Below, one piece after another: positions 54,130-64,000 of a stretch of 64,000 bases of DNA (positions are counted from its first letter, which is position 1; every line of letters begins with the position of its first letter). The DNA is from the human T2T-CHM13v2.0 reference genome, Homo sapiens. The notes under the pieces were generated by a model. The model had not been told where the DNA came from. It searched no databases and saw nothing but the letters and a program-made list of their open reading frames with translations. The stretch lies in the NCBI RefSeq assembly GCF_009914755.1, contig NC_060927.1. One strand, written 5' to 3'. The translations under genes and the position numbers were made by a program.

Positions 54130-54739
54130 ACGGCGAATCAGCAAGAGCTGACAAGATGTGATTCTTGGCACTTAGAATGGCTAAATGCCACCAACCCCTC
54201 CAGACTATTTTCCAAATATTTTGCATTTTACAAAGACCAAAGACTTTGACCAAACTGTTTCTCTCTCCACTCCATTTTTAGCTCTAAATTTATACTTATA
54301 AAGCAAACTCAAACCAGGACTTCTGAATAACACGTTGTTAAGCAGTTTGAAGTGGTATGGAACCTATCCTCAAATTATGTGTAGGCCTCTCAGCCCTTAG
54401 AACTGGAAGCTGGGAAGTTGATCACTATTTTCACCTTCTAGTTGGGAGACAGTGAGGTTAAGGAGACCCAACCAAGTTAAATTCAGGCTTTTTTTTAACT
54501 TGTTGTCCCTGAATGGAGTTTTGGAGGTCTTTGAAATCTTAGAAATGCTATGTAAATTTTTATGTTATGTATATGTGTGGATATTGCTGGTATATAATGT
54601 TCATGATTTTACCAGAGTCTCAAAGGGTCCACAAAAACTTAATATGTTGAAAGCAATTAAAAAAAAACAAAAAAATTATCTTCTGGAAAATGTAAGCTTC
54701 TCCACTTAATCTTCACAGCAATTCTGTAGATTGGCTGTT

Positions 54740-54945
54740 ACAGCCAATGGTTAATACAGATTCTAGAAACAGGCTGCCAAGATTCCAATTTCAGTTCTGC
54801 CACTTATTAGCTGTATGAACTGACTTTTTGTACCTCAGTTTCCTCATATGCAAAATGAAATAATAGTAGTACCTATTCCATAGGGTTATTATGAGGAATA
54901 AATGAGGTAATATTTGTAAAGTACCTATTCCTTGCTGCAAGATAA
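54740..54945 (+). mobile_element. MIR (MIRb-like)
   Basis: tctgccacttattagctgt...cctcagtttcctcatatgcaaaatg...atagggttattatgagg. Confidence 0.85.
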
Positions 54946-54952
54946 ATGGTGA

Positions 54953-54959
<7 letters not shown>

Positions 54960-54986
<27 letters not shown>
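54960..54986. repeat. (TG)n microsatellite
   Basis: TG run. Confidence 0.95.
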
Positions 54987-55224
54987 CAAAAACACTAAAT
55001 ATTAATCCCCAGGGTTTAGACGATGAAACTATGTTAAGAGATTTGCCTAAAATCACATTGCTTGTAAGAGGAAGAAATAGGTCTAAAATTCAGAGGGGTT
55101 GTTTTGTTTTCTTTTGTTTCCATTTAAATACTGCTAATCATTGGCCCTAATCAGTTCTGTGTGTGTGGTCTCTTAGCTTCCATTTCCTCTCTATTCCACC
55201 ACCCCACCCTGCCCAATGTTGTCC

Positions 55225-55520
<296 letters not shown>

Positions 55521-55785
55521 CCCAATGTTGTACTTTTAAAATCATTTTATATGCATCTTCCACCGCACTTTGCTCTCAAAACTTCAAAATCTCCCCGTTA
55601 TCTGGTTTGAATCAAACTTTAATTTAAAACAAGGAATTGTTGGAGCACTAATCTATGAGAGGTGGTGAATTACTAATGCCGTATTAAAATAAAATTTATT
55701 TACCCAAACTGCTCTCCTAGAGAGTAATTTAAAATGAGATAGAGAGAAGTTCACCCACTCCTTCCCTCCTACTGCATGTGCAGTC

Positions 55786-55843
55786 ACACACACACACACA
55801 AACACACATACACACATACACACACACAGACACACACACACAC
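55786..55843. repeat. Imperfect (CA)n microsatellite
   Basis: CA run with interruptions. Confidence 0.92.
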
Positions 55844-56231
55844 CCCTCAGACAAACTCAAATCGAATTGCTCCGGCTAATTTTAGTGCTTTTCTTTTGGT
55901 AAAAAGAGTATCTAAATTTGCGGCAAATTCAATTGTTCTGGACAAGAGAGGAGAGATTGATCCCTATCACCTAATATATAGGGCTTCTTTGTCCCTTCTC
56001 TACAGAGCAGTTAAGCTGCAAGACCCTGAAATTATTGACCAAATACTAAAAGAACAAATATTTGAAGGGGCACCAATTATTAACCTACCCAACATGACCA
56101 GCTTAGAATCCTTCCTGAGTACCCTCAAGTTTTCATCTAGCCCCGATTCAGATCACAGGTTATAAAACCTTTACTATACAATTCTGTCTCACTTGGAGTA
56201 CCTCATTACCTGGAATAGAAGTCATGTCAGT

Positions 56232-56533
<302 letters not shown>

Positions 56534-56689
56534 GCAAGTCATGTCAGCATTTCAGTCCATTAGGTTCTTTATGTCTCCTAGTCCTCATTCTTCCTCATCC
56601 AAGTTATCACAAATGAGGAGAATGGGTTTCTTTTCTATGACTACCAAATGCATTACGTAGTAGTGGAAATTCCATTGGTAAAATCATCA

Positions 56690-57130
56690 CCAATAAATGT
56701 AGTTTCAAATCCTGTTTCCTCACTTGTTTGCCACAATACCTAGAGAAATTTAAATAGATTTCACTGAGCTTCATTGTCTTCTTCATCTATCAAACTGCAA
56801 AATAGCATCTGTTTCAAGGGTTGATATAAGGGTAAAATAAAATACCATACAAAAAATATCTTGGCATAGAGCAGCTGCTCAATAAATGCTAATTTGTTTC
56901 ATTACATTGTAGCTAAAGATTTATTGTATAAATATAATTTGTTATATTCTTGAGTGTTTTACAGTTTGCAGAGAGAGCCTTTACATACATCATTGCATTT
57001 GCTCCTCATGATGAGTCTGTGAAACAAAAACTATGATCATTATCCTACCAATACAGAAATGGTGTATGATAATGATGAAATGGTTTGCCCTCCAACTACA
57101 GTTTCAGAGCTGGGACTGAAAAACATATCA
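56690..57130. mobile_element. Two MIR fragments (plus, then minus)
   Basis: gtttcaaatcctg...ctgagcttc...gctcaataaatgcta; then gtgttttacagtttgca...cctcatgatgagtctgtga. Confidence 0.65.
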
Positions 57131-57329
57131 TTTTAAAAATTTTGTCAATATTTAAGTTTATTTTTCATTCATTATCAGTGTCTCTTTTTTGTTTGTTTAC
57201 TTTTAAAATATTTTAAAATTAGCTTTAATTATAAGAAGTATTAATATATACATTATCATGGTTAAGAAAAATCTACAAAATAAATGTATATATAGGTCAT
57301 CCCCTTTCTAAGACTCTCCAAAGAGGCTT

Positions 57330-58500
<1,171 letters not shown>

Positions 58501-58553
58501 CTCTATACTATATTAACACTTGAGAAAGTTTTACTGGATTAAACAGTGTTTTT

Positions 58554-58833
58554 GTTGTTGTTGTTTTCTTTCTTCTGTTTGTTTGTTTCTTGAGACAGAA
58601 TCTCACTCTGTTGCCCAGGCTGGAGTGCAGTGGCACAATCTTGGCTCACTGCTACCCCTGTCTCCCAGGTCCGAGCGATTCTTATGCCTCAGTCTCCTCA
58701 GTAGCTGGGATTGCAGGCGTGCATGACCACACTTGGCTAATTTCTGTATTTTTAATAGAGATTGGGTTTCACCATGGTGGCCAGGCTTGTCTCAAACTCC
58801 TGACCTTAGGTGATCTCAAGTGGGAGGCCTGCC
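58554..58833 (-). mobile_element. 5'-truncated AluS with short inverted piece at its 5' end
   Basis: Antisense Alu ends ...ggtgatct-caagtgggaggcc-tgcc; TSD taaacagtg(t/a)tttt. Confidence 0.9.
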
Positions 58834-59561
58834 TAAACAGTGATTTTAAACCTAGTTTTGCCCTAAGTCACTCAACACCTGCAATTCTTAGTTTCCTCAT
58901 CTGTTAAATAAAAAGGCAGAACTAGACCACATTTTAGTCCCATTCCAGATTTTAAACTGTTGGCTATAGAGTTCTAATATGAAACTAAAACTAAATAAAA
59001 ACTTTCCCCATTTCCATGGCATCTGAAATACTAGGGCTGAATCATTTTTTTCACTTAGTATTAAAAAAACTCATGGATGATTCTTTCTTAATCATAGGTT
59101 ATTTCCTAAATTGTGTTTCCGTAAGTATAACTGAGTGAACCTCAAATAATAGTGTGAGAACGTGTGACAGTGTGATATAATGATATCAAAAAGATTCATG
59201 AAGTTTTCCCAAATGTTTTGCTTTCTATTACCTTAAAATTTTTTTGTTTCAATTAAAAATGGAGGAGTGAAAATTGGAACTGCCAGAATCTAATGTCATA
59301 AATTATTGTACATACGAAGTCACTCATAAAACTTTTATGTTTAATACTTCCTCTCCAACTGATAATTGCTTCCTGCTGTTTGCAAGAATTAATGTGAATA
59401 AAACATAAAGTATTGCCTTTTTTACATGATGGCTTTGGCTTCTCTCTTTCCACACAACCTTCTAAAAGAAAGGTCATAGAGCATGTTATAAAACAAACAC
59501 TGAACTCTGAGTGTCCTCTTTCCTTCCTTGGATAATGGCATCAATGGATATTGGCAGGTTA

Positions 59562-61066
59562 TGTTTCAGGATCTTTGGGGTGTCACTTTTCTGGCCTGAA
59601 ACCTCTGGCTGGTGGTGCCTTTGCCTGAGTTTTGCTGAGGCCCACTAGGCTGGTTCTGCCCACTCAGCCTGGCAGGCTATGCTTGGCTCACACTACTGAC
59701 CTGGATCCCACATCTGCCAAGGGCAAGTTAAATGTGGAGCAACAAGGGGTATGTGAGTGAGTTTGGGGTTTGGCCACTGCAAGTCAGACACACAGGCTGC
59801 TGCAGCAGAGCAGGAAGCTCCAGGTGCTGGTATGGGTGCCAGGTCTCTGCAAGGCTGCAGCTGGACCAGGTGCACCACAAGCAGCTTCCCCAGAGGGCAC
59901 CTGGGAATTGCACTGGCACCCAGAAGCTTGGAGACGCCAGGCACTGCAGTACCCCAAAGGGGGAGTCACAGTCCTGGCTTGGGAGCTCCCAGGTCTGGGT
60001 TCCCTAAAGGGCTGCAGCTCTTCTTTCTTCTCTTTCCTTGCAAAGTGGCAAGAAAGGGGCATGTTTCAGCCATTTGTGTAATACTTTTTTAGCTCTGCCA
60101 TTCGGCAGGTCCCTAGTTCTTGTCCTGCAACCAAGAAGAATGAGGTACGCAGACAAGTGGAGGGTGAGCAAGATGAAGAGGAGCTTTATTGAGCAATAGA
60201 ACAACTCACAGGAGAGGATCCCAATGGATAGCTCCTTTCTGCGGCCAGGGTGTCCCGACATGTGTTCATCTCCTAGCAGAGAGGAGGCCCTGGAGTGGGT
60301 TGCTCCCCTCTGCTGCTGGTCATCCCAATGTCTCCTGCTGTCAACAGAGAGGGTAGTTCATCTCTGCAGCTGCTCATCTGTCATCTGCTCAGCTCTGGCT
60401 GAGCCTGGGCTTTTATGGGCTTCAGAGGGGACGAAGCGCATGCCAGTTGGCCCATGAGTGGCCATAGGTGGCCCAGAAAAGGCACTACAAATTCCTACTT
60501 CAGTCCTTGGGACTGGCATCTTGGCCCCAGCCTTCAGACCCTCCCTGGCCTTCAGGCCTCACTGGGGACCCACCCCCTTCCACCCAGGAATCTGTCTGTG
60601 TCCTGCTGCCATTTATGGCACCCAGGCTCAGCCCCAATTTTGCTCCAAGTTCTGAGTGGGCTCCAAAGGCAGGGACAAACCAGGCAGCAAGAGCAGGCAC
60701 TTCTGAACCTGCAAGGGCAGGGGACGGGGAATGCCCTGTGAGTGCAGAGATAGCCAGCTCTGCAGCCACAGCTTAGGTGGCTGTAGCTGTGCTGGGGAGG
60801 GTGGGGCTCCTGCCTGCACCCTGGATCAGGAGGCCTGGATCCACAGCCATGACTTGGGTGGCTGCAGCTGCACCTGGGGGGGTGTGTCTCTGGGCTGCTC
60901 CCTGGAGCAGGAGGCCGAGAACCACAGCCATGACTTGAGCGGCTGCCGCCCCACCTGGGAGGGTGGGGCTCCTGCCTGCTCTGTGGAGCCAGAGGCCCAG
61001 GCCACGCCTCCCTGCTGCAGCTGGTTTGATGGCAGTGGCAGTTCCATAGGGCCTCCACTGCCATCA
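59562..61066 (-). mobile_element. MER52-type ERV1 solo LTR
   Basis: tgtttcaggatctttggggtgtcac...gcctttgcctgagttttgct; ends ctgccatca; GC-rich internal repeats; minus-strand AATAAA near 60185; 4-bp TSD-like gtta/ttta. Confidence 0.88.
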
Positions 61067-61084
61067 TTTAGAAAACTTGAATCA

Positions 61085-61772
61085 CTCTGAATTGTCCCAT
61101 TACCTCACCTCACCCCAAATTTGACTTGTCTCTAAAACATCTCTTGAACTTGATGGTGTCTCTGCACTGTCAATGTCTCGGTCTCTTGCTTGGGCTACTG
61201 ACTTGATTTCTGTCAGATCTTTGTGCCACCAGGCTTTCTCACACTTCCCTTTTTTCAAATGATCTTCCCTGAAAAACAAATTAGTTGTTTCCCTTTATGA
61301 TCTAAAGTCCTTAATTGCTTTCTTCCTCTGAATTATTGCCTTTGAAATAATGACCAAACCTCTTAGCAAGTAGTGTCTTCATGATTTGGTTTTAGGGCCC
61401 TTCTCAGTTTTATATCTAGACCTCATTTTTATATAACTTGTAGACCTATCATTCATACAAAATTATTTCCAGGGGTCTATGTCTTTGCACGTTTTTCTTG
61501 TTCTCTATTTCTGTAAAGCCCTCCCTGACTGACAACTGATGCTCATCCTTTCACTGCAACTAGAGTATAAGTTACTCTGAGAAGATTCTTCTGGCCTTCC
61601 TTGATACTTGTGTAGAATTAAGTATCCTGTCTCTAGGATACCATTGGTTTTGTACATATGTCTTTTACGGGATTTCTGTTGAACTTTAATTAATTATTTG
61701 CCTGTCTATAATTCTCCTTATACTTGGAGATCTGTTAGGTTGTTAATAGACATATATTGAATGAATAACAAA
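61085..61772 (+). mobile_element. L2 3' region
   Basis: Pyrimidine-rich L2 wording ending ttaatagacatatattgaatgaataa. Confidence 0.6.
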
Positions 61773-62435
61773 TGCCAAAGTTTAGTATTGACCCCAAATA
61801 TATATTACTGATCCTTAAGTCAAATAACATCAACAATGTTGGTGACTTAAATTAGTTCCTATGACAGAAACAAATGATGATGGGAACATTAATTAATAAT
61901 ATGGAACACAAACTGAAAAAAGCTTTGTGCATCACTAATGGCCAGCTAACTGCTTTAGACAGTAAGTGCTACGAATTCAGGAACAGAGCCTGTTTGGACT
62001 GGAGAGATCTGGTAAAGATTTCTGAAGGAGTAACTTAAGCTAAACCTTAGAAAGTATTTTGCATTTAAGAGGTAAAGAGGAAAGGAGAAAGCATTGGGAA
62101 AAGGGGAAAAGTCTAATCAAAGTCACAGAGACAGAAGAGGATAAAGAGAGTTCATAGAAGAGTGAGTTGGCAAATTAGACACATTATGCTAGGTTAAAAA
62201 AATAGAATGTGGCCACAGTATGCATGGATTCGTATGTCATACTGAGAATCACAAACCATATCTGGAAAATAGGGGTAAGTCCTAAAATGCATTTGGGAGG
62301 AGAATTTTAAAATATAAGTTGTGCTACTGGAAGAAAATATTTTGATAGGAATACCACCAGAAGGCTCCTGCAGCGGCATTTTAGAGCCTGACCTAAAGTG
62401 AAGTCACTGAAAGCGTATTTAAAAAGACTGTAGGA

Positions 62436-62726
62436 GGCCGGGCGCGGTGGTTCACACCTGTAATCCCAGCACTTTGGGAGGCCGAGGCAGACGGATCACA
62501 AGGTCGGGAGATCAAGACCATCCTGGCTGGTGAAACCCCGTCTCTACTAAAAATACAAAAACATTAGCTGGGCGTGGTGGCGGGTGCCTGTAGTCCCACC
62601 GCCTCAGGAGTCTGAGGCAGGAGAATGGCGTGAACCCGGGAGGTGGAGCTTGCCGTAGCTGAGATCGCACCACTGCACTCCAGCCTGGGCGATAGAGTGA
62701 GACTCCGTCTCAAAAAAAAAAAAAAA
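62436..62726 (+). mobile_element. AluY
   Basis: Full dimer, gaatggcgtgaacccggg, exact TSD aaaaagactgtagga. Confidence 0.95.
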
Positions 62727-62889
62727 GACTGTAGGAGAACTGACACAGTTAGTGTTTCATTAGACATGGACTATTGGTTAAAGAAAAAAAAAAACAGTAT
62801 TAAACTTAAATGATCAAGTAATAGTGGTAATATCAAAAATAGTATTCCTGAGTACTACTATGTGTCAAATACTTCACGTATATATTTAA

Positions 62890-64000
62890 AAATTTTTTAG
62901 CTTTTATTTTAGGTTTTGGGGGTACATGTGAAGGTATGTTACACATGTAAATATGTGTTTTGGGAATTTGTTGTACATATTATTTCATCAGCCAGGTATT
63001 AAGCCCAGTACCCAATAGTTATCTTTTCTGCCACCTTCCACCCTCAAATAGACCCCAGTGTCTGTCGTCTTCTTCTTTGTGTCCATAAGTTCTTATCATT
63101 TAGCTTCCACTTATAAGTAAGAATATGTGGTATCTGGTTTTCTGTTACTGAGTTAGTTTGCTAAGGATAATATCCTCCAGTTCCATCCATGTTCCTATAA
63201 AATACATGATCTCATTATTTTTTATGACTGCATAGTATTCTGTGGTGTATACATACCAATTTTCTTTATCCAGTCTGTCACTGGTGGGCATTTAGGTTGA
63301 TTCCATGTCTTTGCTATTGTGGCTAGTGCTGCAATGAACATACACATGCATGTATCTTTATAATAGAATGATTTATATTTGTGTGAGTAAAGGGATTGCT
63401 GGGTCAAATGCTAGTTCTGCTTTTAGCTCTTTGAGGAGCCACCATACTGCTTTCCAGAGTGGTTGTACTAGTTTACACTCCTATCAACAATGTATAAGTG
63501 TACCCTTTTCTCTGTAACCTCACTAGCAATTGTTATCTTTTGGCTTTTTAATAATAGCAATTCTGACTGGTGTAGATGGTATCTTGTGGTTTTGACTTGT
63601 ATTTCTCTAATGATCAGTGATAATGAGCTTTTATTCATATGCTTGTTGGCCGCATGCATGTCTTCTTTTGAGAAGTGTATATTCATCTCCTTTGCCTGCT
63701 TTTTAATGGAATTGTTTGTTTTTCTATTGTAAATTTGTTTAGCAATTTGTTTAGATGCTGAATATTAGACCTTTGTCAGATGCATAGTTTGCAAATATTT
63801 TCCCCAATTCTGTAGGCTGTGTTTACTTCATTGATGGTTTCCTTTGCTGTGCAGAAGCTCTTTAGTTTAATTAGATCACACTTGTCAATTTTTGTTTTTG
63901 TTACAATTGCTTTTGGTGTCTTTGTCATGAAATCTTTGCCCATTCCTATGTCTAAGATGGTATTGCCTAGGTGATCTTGTGGGGTTTTTATAGCTTTTGG
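62890..64000 (-). mobile_element. L1PA (older, PA13-15-like) 3' region running off the window
   Basis: ttttaggttttgggggtacatgtgaagg...; ORF2 C-terminal relics TWNQPKCPPVTDWIKK. Confidence 0.92.

Noticed and set aside
55776-56165. 129-aa ORF with an HT-repeat N-terminus
   Set aside because: It begins in a (CA)n microsatellite and the remainder is not recognisable.
59693-61090. Dense overlapping ORFs and high GC suggesting a gene or CpG island
   Set aside because: All lie in the GC-rich MER52 LTR, where stops are scarce, and CpGs are largely decayed.

Overview
Primate (most likely human) AT-rich, non-coding genomic DNA, either intergenic or deep intronic. Roughly half is recognisable interspersed repeat: about 14 Alu/FLAM elements, many MIR and L2 relics, L1 pieces (including a ~7.6 kb full-length L1MA and two adjacent 5'-inverted L1s), and solo LTRs (MLT1, THE1, MST, MER52). 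I cannot support any protein-coding gene; the supplied ORFs are L1 relics, Alu or LTR read-through, or chance. Repeat subfamily names come from recalled consensus motifs, not a database search. The most unusual structure is a set of locally templated rearrangements. (i) At 2526-2844 a three-piece mosaic copied from 3.7 kb, 10.2 kb and 4.5 kb is joined by 6-bp imperfect microhomologies onto a broken L1. (ii) At 51088 a 370-bp copy of an internal piece of the neighbouring L1 follows iterated AT-rich filler. (iii) Several fold-back inverted insertions occur, including a perfect 26-bp-arm palindrome at 12027-12080. Candidate regulatory motifs (a perfect DR3, a D-box triplet, a RORE/E-box overlap, a UPRE+CCAAT+GC-box cluster) and one candidate 105-nt exon lie in unique DNA. 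These rest on motif matches only.
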